Below, piece after piece: positions 1 through 11,010 of a stretch of DNA of 64,000 bases. The number at the start of each line of letters is the position of its first letter. Position 1 is the stretch's first letter. The DNA is taken from NCBI GenBank assembly GCA_965261005.1, contig OZ253375.1, positions 2,784,001 to 2,848,000 on the forward strand. The letters are read 5' to 3'. This DNA is from Deinococcus sp. Lineage in GTDB: Bacteria; Deinococcota; Deinococci; Deinococcales; Deinococcaceae. Made by a program: the position numbers and the translations under genes. The notes under the pieces are model-generated. The model worked only from the letters and a program-made list of their open reading frames with translations, was not told the origin of the DNA and ran no database searches.

Positions 1-345
1 CGCGACCTGGTGCATGGTCTGCCCAAGACCATCACGCTGCACAGCGCCGACATCGTGGACGCCCTCGGCGAGCCGGTCAGCAAGATCGTGGAGGGGGTCA
101 AGCGCGTGCTGGAGGCGACCCCGCCCGAGCTGGTCAGCGACATCATCGACCGGGGCGTGGTGATGACCGGGGGCGGCAGCTTGCTGCGCAACTTCGATGA
201 GATGCTGCGCCAAGCGACCGGCATTCCGGTGGCCGTGGCCGAAAACGCCACCGAGGCCGTCGCCATCGGCACCGGCATGGCGCTGGAGATGATCCCGGTG
301 CTGCGCCACCATTTGATTTCGAGCGACAACTACCTCAGAAGATGA
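1..345 (+). CDS. mreB: Rod shape-determining protein MreB, C-terminal part (truncated by window edge)
   Basis: TPPELVSDIIDRGVVMTGGGSLL and VAIGTG are MreB motifs. Confidence 0.93.
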   Translation, partial: RDLVHGLPKTITLHSADIVDALGEPVSKIVEGVKRVLEATPPELVSDIIDRGVVMTGGGSLLRNFDEMLRQATGIPVAVAENATEAVAIGTGMALEMIPVLRHHLISSDNYLRR

Positions 346-426
346 GGCTGATGGCGCGCAGAACGTGGAGCGTGGACAACACGTCTTTTTCCCCACGCTC
401 TGCGGGCCACACCCCACGACCCGACC

Positions 427-879
427 ATGACTGACACCCCATCCAATCCCCCCATCCATTCCGCCCTCGACATTCAGCAGGTCCTGGCCCGCTTGCCGCA
501 CCGCTACCCTTTCGTGCTGGTGGACCGGGTGCTGTCGCACAGCTTCGACGAGGTTCACGCCATCAAGAACGTGACCATCGGCGAGCCGTTTTTTCAGGGG
601 CACTTTCCCGGCGAGCCGGTGATGCCGGGGGTGCTGATTTTGGAGGCGTTGGCGCAGACCAGCATGTTCGGCCTCAATCAGCCCGACGGCGCGGTCGGCT
701 ACCTGGTCGGCATCGACGGCGCGCGCTTCAAGCGCAAGGTGGTGCCGGGGGACCAGTTGCACCTGCACGCCAAGCTGGAATTTTTTCGGCGCGGCCTCGG
801 CAAGACCATCTGCCGCGCCGAGGTGGACGGCCAGCTGGCCTGTGAGGCCCGGATTCTCTTCGCGCTGGCGAAGCCGTGA
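427..879 (+). CDS. fabZ: 3-hydroxyacyl-ACP dehydratase
   Basis: [13 protein letters not shown] and [23 protein letters not shown]. Confidence 0.96.
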   Translation: MTDTPSNPPIHSALDIQQVLARLPHRYPFVLVDRVLSHSFDEVHAIKNVTIGEPFFQGHFPGEPVMPGVLILEALAQTSMFGLNQPDGAVGYLVGIDGARFKRKVVPGDQLHLHAKLEFFRRGLGKTICRAEVDGQLACEARILFALAKP

Positions 880-910
880 CGCCGTGCCCACGGTCTCTTC
901 CCCACCCCTG

Positions 911-2059
911 ATGCTGCAACGCTACATTCTGCGCGAACTGCTGCCGCCCCTGCTCACTGGGACGGCCCTCTTCGTGGCCATCATCTCCTTCGGGTACTTC
1001 TTCGTCTCATCACAGTTCTTGGGGGGCGCGCCGGTGTTCGGCGTGCTGCGCTACATCGCGCTGCAAGTGCCCGACACCTTGGTCAAGGTCTTTCCGATGG
1101 CGGTGGTCCTGATGGTGGTGGTGGCCTACGGGCGGCTCTCCAACGAGCGCGAGCTGAGCGCGGCGCAGTCGGGCGGGGTATCGCTGGGGCGGGCGGCGTG
1201 GCCGGCGCTGGGCATCGCCCTGGCGGTGTCGGGCTTGTCCCTCTATCTCTCCGAGGCGGTGGTGCCGCAGGCCAACGTGGCGGCGCGCGCTTACTACTGG
1301 GACGATTTGACCGGGGCGGGCCTGTCGCAGCTGGCCGGGCGCACGGTGGAGATCGGGCCGGGGTTGGAGCTACACTTCGCAAGGTACGATCCGGGCACGC
1401 GTGAGATGCACAACGTCCGGCTTCAGCAGTGGAGCGAGGAGGGCGCGGGGCGCGCGGCCCTGCTGTTTCTGGCGGACCGGGGCACCTATGAAGGCAGCGC
1501 CATCACCCTCAGCGGCTACCAAGGCTACAGCATTGACTACGCGGCGGTGAGCGCTCTAGACGAACTGCCGGGGAACGCTTCCGGGCGGCAGTATCAGGGC
1601 GCGCTCAAACAGGTCTTCAAGCTGGCCTACCTGCCCTCCAAGCCGGCCGACCAGTTCGAGATTGACACCGGCCTTTCGCGCCAACAGACCTTGGCCCAGT
1701 TCGCCGACGCGATTTCTGCCGACAACAAGTCCCTGTCGCAGCTGTGGCAATTGATCTTCAGCCCGGCCAGCACGCCAAGCGACCGCTTCGCCGCGCGCGT
1801 CGAGTTGCAGCGCAAGCTGGCCTTGCCCTTTGGCAACCTCGTGCTGGTGCTGGCGGCGCTGCCCTTCGCCCTGCGCTACGGCCGCACGACCGGGGTGGCG
1901 CTGGGGGTCGCCCTGATCATCGCCATTTCGTATTACGTTGTGTACATCGTGGGCCTGTCTCTCACCAACTCGGGCGTGCTGCCGCCGGAACTCGGGGCTT
2001 GGCTCGCGAACGTGGTGTTCGCGCTCACCGGGTTGTACCTGCTGCGGCGGGCCGGGTGA
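911..2059 (+). CDS. LptF/LptG (YjgP/YjgQ) family permease; start at ATG 911 or GTG 884
   Basis: LQRYILRELL start, YGRLSNERELSAAQSGGVS, three N-terminal TMs, a periplasmic domain, ELQRKLALPF, C-terminal AWLANVVF. Confidence 0.88.
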   Translation: MLQRYILRELLPPLLTGTALFVAIISFGYFFVSSQFLGGAPVFGVLRYIALQVPDTLVKVFPMAVVLMVVVAYGRLSNERELSAAQSGGVSLGRAAWPALGIALAVSGLSLYLSEAVVPQANVAARAYYWDDLTGAGLSQLAGRTVEIGPGLELHFARYDPGTREMHNVRLQQWSEEGAGRAALLFLADRGTYEGSAITLSGYQGYSIDYAAVSALDELPGNASGRQYQGALKQVFKLAYLPSKPADQFEIDTGLSRQQTLAQFADAISADNKSLSQLWQLIFSPASTPSDRFAARVELQRKLALPFGNLVLVLAALPFALRYGRTTGVALGVALIIAISYYVVYIVGLSLTNSGVLPPELGAWLANVVFALTGLYLLRRAG

Positions 2060-3219
2060 GGGTCCGGGGAAAGGGCGTGGCCCCGTCCGTGGCGCCGTCC
2101 GAGCTGCGCGCCGTGCTGCTGTCGGCCTCGCTGGGCGGCGGGCACGTCAAGGCGATGGAGGCCCTCTCGCACGCCCTGGAGCGCGAGGCGCCCGGCCTGA
2201 ACGCCTTGGAGGTGGACTACCTCAGCTACCTGAACCCCGTGCAGCTAGGCTTGTCGCTGGGCGTCTACCGTATGTGGCTGGAGCACAGCCCGGCCACCTA
2301 CCGCTACTTTTACCACTGGAGCAACCGCGCGTCGGCCCCCCGGGCGGTCAAGTACTCGTCGAGCACCGCCGGTCTGCCGCGCCTCTTGCGCGACCTTCGC
2401 CGTGCCAAGCCACAATTGGTGATCTCCAGCTACGACGCGCCTACCGCTCTGGCCGACACCGCCCGGCGCCGCCAGGGGCTGCGCTTTCTGAACGCCCTGC
2501 TGGTGACCGACTACGGCGCCCACTACCATTGGGCGCGCCACGAGGCGGACGTGCTGCTGGTGGCGACCGACCGCGTGAAAGAGCAGCTGACCCAGTGGGG
2601 TATCGCCCCCGAAAAGGTGGCCGTGACCGGCATTCCCATCGTGTCCCGGGTGTCCGAGCTGATCGGGGCGGACAAGGCCGCGCTGCGCGCCCACTTCGGC
2701 CTGCGCCCCGAAGAACCCTTGGTGTTGGTCTCGGGCGGCGGGCAGGGCAGCGTCTACCACGCCACCCAGGAGGTGGTGGACGCCTGCGCGGCGGTGGGGA
2801 CGCGGGTGCAGGTGTTGCTGCTGGCCGGCGGGGGCAGCCTGGGCACCGAGCGGGTCGGCGGCGCGACGGTGCATCGCCTCGGCTACACCCGCTTTTTCCC
2901 GGAGCTGCTGGCCGCCAGCGACCTGGTGATCGGCAAGGCGGGCGGCCTGACCGTGGCCGAGGCGACCACGCTGGGGGTGCCCATGCTGGTCTACGTGCCC
3001 ATTCCGGGGCAGGAGGAGGCCAACGCCGCCTACCTGGAGGAGAACGGCGCGGCCGTGTGGGCGCGCGACAGGTGGACGCTGCGGCGCGAGCTGGCCCGCT
3101 TGCTCGGCGACGAGGGCGCGCGCGCGGCCATGTCGGCGGCGGCCTCGCGCCTGGGGCGCCCGCACGCGGCGCGCGACGCGGCGCGCGAATTGCTGTCGCG
3201 CCTGGGAGAGTGGGAATGA
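2056..3219 (+). CDS. MGDG synthase/UgtP-like GT28 glycosyltransferase
   Basis: SASLGGGH, LVTDYGAHYHW, VTGIPI, KAGGLTVAEA, PIPGQEEANA; GTGA overlap with upstream stop. Confidence 0.88.
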   Translation: MRVRGKGVAPSVAPSELRAVLLSASLGGGHVKAMEALSHALEREAPGLNALEVDYLSYLNPVQLGLSLGVYRMWLEHSPATYRYFYHWSNRASAPRAVKYSSSTAGLPRLLRDLRRAKPQLVISSYDAPTALADTARRRQGLRFLNALLVTDYGAHYHWARHEADVLLVATDRVKEQLTQWGIAPEKVAVTGIPIVSRVSELIGADKAALRAHFGLRPEEPLVLVSGGGQGSVYHATQEVVDACAAVGTRVQVLLLAGGGSLGTERVGGATVHRLGYTRFFPELLAASDLVIGKAGGLTVAEATTLGVPMLVYVPIPGQEEANAAYLEENGAAVWARDRWTLRRELARLLGDEGARAAMSAAASRLGRPHAARDAARELLSRLGEWE

Positions 3220-4430
3220 GCAAAGCGAGAAAAGTGTTGGGCGCGCTGGCGCTGCTGGGGACCGCCTACGTCGGCGCCCCTTACCTGGCCGTGCAGCTCG
3301 CCAACCTGGGTTTGCTGCGCTTGGGACGCGGCCCGGACGCCAGAATCGCGCTCACCTTCGACGACGGCCCCGATTCGCAGACCACCCCACAGGTGCTCGG
3401 CGCCCTGGCGGCGGGGGGGGTGCGGGCCACGTTCTTTTTGCTGGGTGAGGCGGTGGAGCGCCGGCCCGACCTGGCGCGGCAGATCGCCGAGGCGGGCCAC
3501 GAGATCGGCTCGCACGGCTACGCTCACCGCCACGCCTGGCTGCGAAACCCCCTCGGTGTGCGCGCCGACTTGGCGAGGTCGCTGGACGCCATCGAGCGGG
3601 CGACCGGCGGGCGCCCGACCCTTTACCGCCCGCCGCACGGCGCCTACAGCTTGGCGACCTGGTGGGCCATGCGCGCCTGCGGGGTGCGCGGGGTGCATTG
3701 GACCCTGGAGGCGCACGACTGGCGCCCGGACTACGCGCCGGGGGACGTGGTGCGGCGGGTGCTGGACCACGCCGAGCCGGGCGGGGTGATCGTGCTGCAC
3801 GACGCGGGGCCGGGCGGCCAGGTGACGGCGGCGGCGCTGCCGGAGGTGTTGCGGGAGCTGAGGGCGCGCGGCTACGTCCCCTCGGCTGCGGGCGACCTGG
3901 CGGGTTTGCGCCCCGAGCGGTTCGCCGACCTCGCGCCGCGCCTGCTCAGATTGGTGGACGCCGCCTTCGACCGCAAGGGCGGCATCTCGCCGGTGGGTGA
4001 GCGGGCCAGCAGCCAATTTCGCGCCGGCGTGGCGGCTTTTCCGCTGGCGGGCCATCCCGACTTTGAGAAGGGGGAGAGCTTGCTGGAAATGCACGTCAAC
4101 GGCGAAAAGCTGTCGCGCATGCAAAGTCGGCCCCTACAAGGCATCCGCCAAACCAGGGACAGTTTGCGCGAACTCGCCCAGGCCATGCAGGAGCGGCCCG
4201 AGTGGGGGGAGATTCCCGGCGTCTTCGCCATCGGCCCCTACGCCGGCATTCTGGGCGGGCTGGGCTTCCAAATTTCCCCCGTGCCGCCCGAGATGCGCCG
4301 TCGCCTGACCCTCTGGACCGAGCTGCTGCGCCGGGCTTACGGCAGCAAGCCCAACGCGCAACTGCACGAGGTCAAGCTGGCCCTGATCACACGGAGAGAA
4401 CTCCTCCGGCGCTACGGGGCGGGGGGCTGA
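3216..4430 (+). CDS. Polysaccharide deacetylase (NodB/CE4) with N-terminal anchor and YkoP-like C-terminal domain
   Basis: ALTFDDGP, HEIGSHGYAH, YRPPHG, VIVLHD; ATGA overlap; C-terminal LEMHVNGEKL resembles YkoP. Confidence 0.85.
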   Translation: MSKARKVLGALALLGTAYVGAPYLAVQLANLGLLRLGRGPDARIALTFDDGPDSQTTPQVLGALAAGGVRATFFLLGEAVERRPDLARQIAEAGHEIGSHGYAHRHAWLRNPLGVRADLARSLDAIERATGGRPTLYRPPHGAYSLATWWAMRACGVRGVHWTLEAHDWRPDYAPGDVVRRVLDHAEPGGVIVLHDAGPGGQVTAAALPEVLRELRARGYVPSAAGDLAGLRPERFADLAPRLLRLVDAAFDRKGGISPVGERASSQFRAGVAAFPLAGHPDFEKGESLLEMHVNGEKLSRMQSRPLQGIRQTRDSLRELAQAMQERPEWGEIPGVFAIGPYAGILGGLGFQISPVPPEMRRRLTLWTELLRRAYGSKPNAQLHEVKLALITRRELLRRYGAGG

Positions 4431-4437
4431 CCCGGGC

Positions 4438-5161
4438 GTGGACTACACCCCCTTCGCCGACCTCTACGACCGCCAGTACGCCCTGTACCGCGACGACCTG
4501 CACTTTTACGCGGGGTTGGCGCGCGGCGCGGGGAGCGTGCTGGAGTTGGGCGCCGGCTCCGGGCGGGTGACGCTGGAGTTGGCAAGGACGGGGGCGCGGG
4601 TCACGGGGCTGGAGCCGTCGGGGGGCATGCTGGACCGGGCGCGGGCGCGCCTGGTGGGGGCGGGGGTGGAGGCGCGCCTCATTCAGGGCGACATGCGCGA
4701 TTTCGATCTGGAGGAACACTTCGACTTGATCGTGGCCCCCTTCAACGCCCTGATGCACCTGTACACCGCCCGCGACCAGGTGGCGACGTTGCGGAACGTG
4801 CGGCGCCACCTGCGGCCGGGGGGCAGCTTCGCCTTTGACGTGTACGTGCCCAGCTTCGGCCCGGAGGGCGTGCTGCGCCACGAGGGCGAGACTTTTTATG
4901 AAGCCAAAGCTGACGGACGCCGGGCGCGTACCGACGTGTTCGTGTTGCAGCACATCGACCGGCTGAACCAGCTGGCGACCACCGAGTACTTCGTGGACAC
5001 GGGTGAGAACGGTCTGTTGCGCCGCGAGTACCACACCCTGACCCAGCGCTACTACACCCGCTTCGAGCTGGAGTGGCTGCTGCGGCATGCGGGCTTCAAG
5101 GCACGCTTCGCCGGCTCGTTTGAGGGCGGGCCGCTGGGGGAGGAGAGCGAGGTGATGGTGG

Positions 5162-5181
<20 letters not shown>
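4438..5181 (+). CDS. Class I SAM-dependent methyltransferase
   Basis: VLELGAGSGR, GDMRDF, HLRPGGSFAFD. Confidence 0.88.
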
Positions 5182-5674
<493 letters not shown>

Positions 5675-5719
5675 GCGCCATTGTAGAAACAAATCGGCGG
5701 GATGTGAGGCTAAGGTTCG

Positions 5720-6871
5720 TCAGGTCGTGTACTCGGCGTTGATCCGCACGTACTCGGCGCTCAGGTCGCAGCCCCAGGCCTCGCCGGTCGCCGCGCCCAC
5801 GCCCAAGTCCACCTCGAACACGACCTCTTCCGAGCGCATGGCCCGTGAGACGGCGCCCGCGTCAAAGGGCAGCGGCGCCCCCGCGAAGACCGGCGTGCCT
5901 TGCACGCCTACACATAGCTTTTCCAAGTCCAGCCGCGCCCCCGAGCGGCCCAGCGCCATGATGACCCGGCCCCAGTTAGGGTCGAAGCCGTGGACGGCGC
6001 TCTTGAGCAGGGGACTCGCGGCGCAGGTGCGGGCCGCTTGCAGCGCCGCCGCCTCGCTCTCGGCCCCGCCCACCCGCACGGTCAGCAGCCGGGTGGCCCC
6101 CTCGCCGTCGCGGGCGATCATGCGGGCCAGGTCGCGCATCACGGCCTCCAGCGCGGCCAGGAACTCGCCCATATCCGCCCGGTCGGCCGCGCCGTTCGCC
6201 AGCACGGCGGTCATGTCGTTGGTCGAGGTGTCGCCGTCCACCGTCACCGCGTTAAAGGTGCGGTTCACGATGGCGGGAAAGGCGGCCCGCAGCGCGCTCT
6301 GCTCGATCCCCGCGTCGCTGTAGATAAAGGCGAACATGGTCGCCATGTCCGGGTGAATCATGCCGCTGCCTTTCGCCACGCCGACCAAGCGCTGCCCGCC
6401 GCTCAGGGTGCGCGCCGCGACTTTGGGCAGCGTGTCGGTGGTCATGATGGCGTGGGCATGCGGCTCCACCTCAGCGCCGAAGTGCCCGCTCAGCTGATCC
6501 ACGCCGAAGCGCACCTTGTCCATTGGCAGGCGGTGCCCGATCACGCCGGTCGAGGCGGTCAGAACTGCATGTTCCGGTATCCCAAGTGTCTCGGCCAATC
6601 GCCCGGCCAGCTCGGCGTCGTCGGCTATCCCGCCCCGCCCGGTGGCCGCGTTGGCGTTGCCCGCGTTCACAATCAAAGCGCGCAACGGCCCGCCGGCGGC
6701 ATAAAGCGCGCGCCCGCGCCCCACGCAGGCCGCCGCCGCCGCGCTCTTGGTGCCCGCGAAGGCCCAGGCGCAGTCCCGCAGGCTGACCACGGCCGTCAAG
6801 TCGGGCCGGCCCGAGGGCTTGATGTGGGCGGCGAGGGCGGCGGCGGAGAAGCCGAGGGGCAGGTCGGTCAC
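5720..6871 (-). CDS. argJ: Glutamate N-acetyltransferase/ornithine acetyltransferase
   Basis: [47 protein letters not shown] start overlaps argC stop. Confidence 0.95.
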   Translation of the reverse strand: MTDLPLGFSAAALAAHIKPSGRPDLTAVVSLRDCAWAFAGTKSAAAAACVGRGRALYAAGGPLRALIVNAGNANAATGRGGIADDAELAGRLAETLGIPEHAVLTASTGVIGHRLPMDKVRFGVDQLSGHFGAEVEPHAHAIMTTDTLPKVAARTLSGGQRLVGVAKGSGMIHPDMATMFAFIYSDAGIEQSALRAAFPAIVNRTFNAVTVDGDTSTNDMTAVLANGAADRADMGEFLAALEAVMRDLARMIARDGEGATRLLTVRVGGAESEAAALQAARTCAASPLLKSAVHGFDPNWGRVIMALGRSGARLDLEKLCVGVQGTPVFAGAPLPFDAGAVSRAMRSEEVVFEVDLGVGAATGEAWGCDLSAEYVRINAEYTT

Positions 6872-7827
6872 GCGCTCACCGTTTCCCGTGCCAGGGCGTA
6901 CTCCCGCTCCCCCTCCAGCCCCAGCATCAGATCCAAGTCCTGCACCGCCTGCCCGCTGGCCCCCTTGCCCAAGTTGTCCAGCCGCGCCACCAGCAGGGCC
7001 TGCCCCTCCGCCGGGTTCTCGTAGACGAACAACTCCATCAGGTTGGTGCCCGCCAGCGTCTCTGGGTCCAGCACGTCGGGGGCGCCCTCCACGACCGTGA
7101 CGAAGCGCCGCCCCGCGTAATGCTCGCCCAGGGCGGTCCTCAAGTCGGTTCCGGTAACGCCGTTCAACAGCCTCAAGTGCAGCGGAATAGACACCAACAT
7201 GCCCTGCCGCCAAGTGCCGACGTTCGGCGTGAACAGCGGCTTGTAGCTGAGGCCGCCGTACCGCTGCATCTCCGGCGCGTGCTTGTGGGCGAGGCCCAGC
7301 GCGTAGGCGCGGTACGGCCCGGCCAAGCGGTGCTCCCCGCGCCCCTCCACGGCGTCTATCAGTTGCCGGCCGCCACCGCTGTAGCCGCTCGCGCCGTTCA
7401 CGCTGAGGGGGAAGTCGGGCGGCAGCAGGCCCGCGTCCACCAGCGGCCGAATCAGGGCGACCATGCCAGTGGCGTAGCAGCCCGGCGCCGAGACGCGGCG
7501 GGCGTTCTTGATTCGCTCGGCCTGTCCCGCGTCCAGCTCGGGAAAGCCGTAGGTCCAGCCCAGTTGAGTCCGGTGCGCGCTGCTGGCGTCCAGCACCCGC
7601 ACCCCCGGGTTCTCGATCAGGGCGACCGCTTCCCGCGCCGCGTCGTCGGGCAGGCACAGCACCGCCACATCCACGCCGTTCAGCAGCTCGCGTCGCGCCG
7701 CCGTGTCTTTGCGCTTCTCTGGGGGGGCGCTGACCAGTTCGAGGTCGTCCCTTCCCTCCAGCCGGGCGCGAATTTGGAGGCCGGTGGTGCCCGCCTCGCC
7801 GTCTATGAAGATGGTCGGGGTGCTCAA
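6868..7827 (-). CDS. argC: N-acetyl-gamma-glutamyl-phosphate reductase (type II)
   Basis: [41 protein letters not shown]. Confidence 0.95.
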   Translation of the reverse strand: MSTPTIFIDGEAGTTGLQIRARLEGRDDLELVSAPPEKRKDTAARRELLNGVDVAVLCLPDDAAREAVALIENPGVRVLDASSAHRTQLGWTYGFPELDAGQAERIKNARRVSAPGCYATGMVALIRPLVDAGLLPPDFPLSVNGASGYSGGGRQLIDAVEGRGEHRLAGPYRAYALGLAHKHAPEMQRYGGLSYKPLFTPNVGTWRQGMLVSIPLHLRLLNGVTGTDLRTALGEHYAGRRFVTVVEGAPDVLDPETLAGTNLMELFVYENPAEGQALLVARLDNLGKGASGQAVQDLDLMLGLEGEREYALARETVSA

Positions 7828-7852
7828 GGGTGAACTTTCGTGTCGGCCGCGC

Positions 7853-8239
7853 TCAGACCAGCGTCGGGGAAGGGGCGAGCGGGGCGGTGCCGTCCTCGTC
7901 GGGCGTGACCTCGGGCGTCACCTCGGTTGCCAGCAGGTCGCCCGCGTTGTCCGGCGGCGGCGTGGTGGCCTCGCCGCCGATGATGACGGTGGCCGCGCCC
8001 GAGGCCACCACGCCCGCGTGGGCGGTCAGGTCCCCCACGCGGGCGGCGGGCAGGCCGTTGATCAGGACCGTGGCCGAGCCGGCGGCGACCATGTTGGGCG
8101 GGCCGGGGCAGATGCACACGTCGCTCACGCGGGCGGCGGCGAGGCCCTCGATCAGCACGTCGGGCGAACCGAGGGCGATGGCGCCCCCCCCGTGAATAGG
8201 GCACACGTGCGCGTCTCCGAGGCGGGCGGCGTTTGGCAT
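7853..8239 (-). CDS. PAAR-repeat protein (spike-tip family) with acidic Pro/Thr-rich tail
   Basis: Three PAAR-like motifs ([21 protein letters not shown]) with His/Cys/His Zn-ligand pattern. Confidence 0.88.
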   Translation of the reverse strand: MPNAARLGDAHVCPIHGGGAIALGSPDVLIEGLAAARVSDVCICPGPPNMVAAGSATVLINGLPAARVGDLTAHAGVVASGAATVIIGGEATTPPPDNAGDLLATEVTPEVTPDEDGTAPLAPSPTLV

Positions 8240-8264
8240 GGGTTCAGCTTACCACTGCGCTCAT

Positions 8265-9236
<972 letters not shown>

Positions 9237-9237
9237 A

Positions 9238-9273
9238 GAGAATAAGTTTATAGCCAGAGTGCATGAAGATGCG
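9238..9273. promoter_or_regulatory. Putative ARG boxes (ArgR operator) upstream of argF
   Basis: TGCATGAAGATGCG (9260-9273) and weaker AGAATAAGTTTATA (9238-9251) resemble TGMATwwwwATKCA. Confidence 0.55.
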
Positions 9274-9287
9274 TCCGGCTTATACCC

Positions 9288-10307
9288 TCAGACCCGTTCC
9301 GCCGCCCGAATCGCCCCGCGCGCCGCCAAATACTCGGCGATCTGCACGGCGTTCAGGGCCGCGCCCTTGAGCAGCTGGTCGCCGCTGACGAATAAATCCA
9401 GGCCACCGTCGAAGACCAAACTCGACCGCACCCGGCCCACCTCCACGTCGTACTTCTCGCTGGCGGTCAGCGGCATGGGGTAGCGCTTCTGCGCCGGGTC
9501 GTCCACCACCTCGACGCCGGGGCTGCGGCGCAGCAGCTCGCGGGCCTCGGCCGGGTCCGCAGGGCGCTCCAGTTCCAGCGTGATGGCCTCGCTGTGGGCG
9601 CGCAGGGTGGGAATGCGGACGGCGGTGCAGGAGATGCGCAAGTCGGGGGCGCCGAAGATCTTGCGGGTTTCCCAGACCACCTTCATCTCCTCCTTGGTGT
9701 AGCCGTTGTCCTGAAAGACGTCGATGTGCGGAATCAGGTTAAAGGCGATGGGGTGCGCGAAGGTCTGGGGCGGCGTGGTCTCGCCGTCCAGCACCGCGCG
9801 AGTCTGGTCCAGCAACTCGCCCATGCCGGAGGCCCCCGCCCCCGAGGTCGCTTGATAGGTGCTGAAAATGGCGCGCTTGACGCCGTACTCCCGGTGCAGC
9901 GGCCACAGCGCCACCGCCGCGACGGCGGTCGTGCAGTTGGGGTTGGCGATCAGGCCGGCGTGCCCCAGGGCCGCCTCGCCGTTCACCTCGGGAATCACCA
10001 GCGGCACGCCGTCCTGCATCCTAAAGGCGCTGGAGTTGTCAATCACCAAGGCGCCGCCCGCCATCCAGGCCGGGGCCAGCGCCTTGGAGACGCCCGCGCC
10101 CGCGCTGGCCAGCACCACGTCGGCGCTGAGGGAACCTTCCGGCGTGACCCTCACCATCAAGTCCTGGCCGCGAAAGGGCAAGGTGCTGCCCGCGCTGCGC
10201 GGCGAGGCGTACAGCGCGAGGTCCGTGATGGGGAGGCTGGAGCGCTCCAGCACCGAGAGCAGCTCGTGTCCGACCGCGCCGGTGGCGCCGACAATGGCTA
10301 TGCGCAT
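9288..10307 (-). CDS. asd: Aspartate-semialdehyde dehydrogenase
   Basis: [55 protein letters not shown]. Confidence 0.96.
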   Translation of the reverse strand: MRIAIVGATGAVGHELLSVLERSSLPITDLALYASPRSAGSTLPFRGQDLMVRVTPEGSLSADVVLASAGAGVSKALAPAWMAGGALVIDNSSAFRMQDGVPLVIPEVNGEAALGHAGLIANPNCTTAVAAVALWPLHREYGVKRAIFSTYQATSGAGASGMGELLDQTRAVLDGETTPPQTFAHPIAFNLIPHIDVFQDNGYTKEEMKVVWETRKIFGAPDLRISCTAVRIPTLRAHSEAITLELERPADPAEARELLRRSPGVEVVDDPAQKRYPMPLTASEKYDVEVGRVRSSLVFDGGLDLFVSGDQLLKGAALNAVQIAEYLAARGAIRAAERV

Positions 10308-10368
10308 GGAAAGTCCTTTCCCAAACAAGAGAACCCAAACAAGTGACCAAATAAGTAAATTGGGGGCG

Positions 10369-10395
10369 AAAAAAAACCCGCTCGGGCGAGCAGGC
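10369..10395 (-). terminator. Intrinsic terminator (attenuator) upstream of asd
   Basis: Minus strand GCCTGCTC-gccc-GAGCGGGT followed by a T run. Confidence 0.75.
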
Positions 10396-10423
10396 GGGCG
10401 AGGGAACCGGGAAGGGCCGTCGC

Positions 10424-10453
10424 CTAAAGAATCGTCGTGAGGCGGGGTGCCAT
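10424..10453 (-). CDS. Putative attenuator leader peptide MAPRLTTIL
   Basis: ATG GCA CCC CGC CTC ACG ACG ATT CTT TAG; Thr-Thr-Ile codons; lies between promoter TTGACG-17nt-TAAGGT and the terminator. Confidence 0.65.
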   Translation of the reverse strand: MAPRLTTIL

Positions 10454-10504
10454 ACCGGCACCTTACCGGCTGAGGTCGGGGGCGTCAACGGGTCAGGTCA
10501 CGCT

Positions 10505-10810
10505 TCAACGCTTTTGCATCTTGACCCACGACAGCCAGCCGGCCTTGGCCCCCCGCCCCCCGCCGGCGATGTCCGCCAAGGTGATCTCGGGCGCGGGGTG
10601 GTCGGCGCGCACCCAGTGTCCGTCCAACAAGATCAGGCCGCCGAAGCGGCCGGCGGCGTGGAGAGCGTGTGTGCGCTCGGCCTCGGGCGTATGCGGATCG
10701 CGCGGGTCCACCAGGCTTTGCAGCATGGCGAGCAGGGCGTCGTCGGCGCAGGTCCAGCAGCCCGCCTGAAAGGTGGCCTCCTGACCGTAAATGCGAATCT
10801 TGGCGGACAT
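10505..10810 (-). CDS. Hypothetical protein (MSAKIRIYGQEA...)
   Basis: RBS GAGGGGGAG before ATG; host-like codon usage. Confidence 0.7.
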   Translation of the reverse strand: MSAKIRIYGQEATFQAGCWTCADDALLAMLQSLVDPRDPHTPEAERTHALHAAGRFGGLILLDGHWVRADHPAPEITLADIAGGGRGAKAGWLSWVKMQKR

Positions 10811-10938
10811 GCTCCCCCTCAAGGACGAGAACTTTCGGTCGCGGACGACACGAACGGCGAAATTAAGGTTGGGGTCATTGTACCGCGCAACTGTCGCCGC
10901 CGCCCTGGGGAAAGCCGCAGCGGCGCGCTTCCCGCCGG

Positions 10939-10967
10939 GTAGGGGAGGGTTTCAAACCCTCCCCTAC
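10939..10967. repeat. GTAG-type REP-like palindrome
   Basis: GTAGGGGAGGGTTT-C-AAACCCTCCCCTAC, perfect 14-bp inverted repeat. Confidence 0.75.
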
Positions 10968-11010
10968 ATCACCCATACCCCCCGCCCTCCCCACATAATC
11001 CCCTGCGCGT

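Noticed and set aside
10308..10500. Lysine riboswitch or T-box upstream of asd
   Set aside because: The promoter-to-terminator distance is too short and I see no hallmark motifs; a leader peptide fits better
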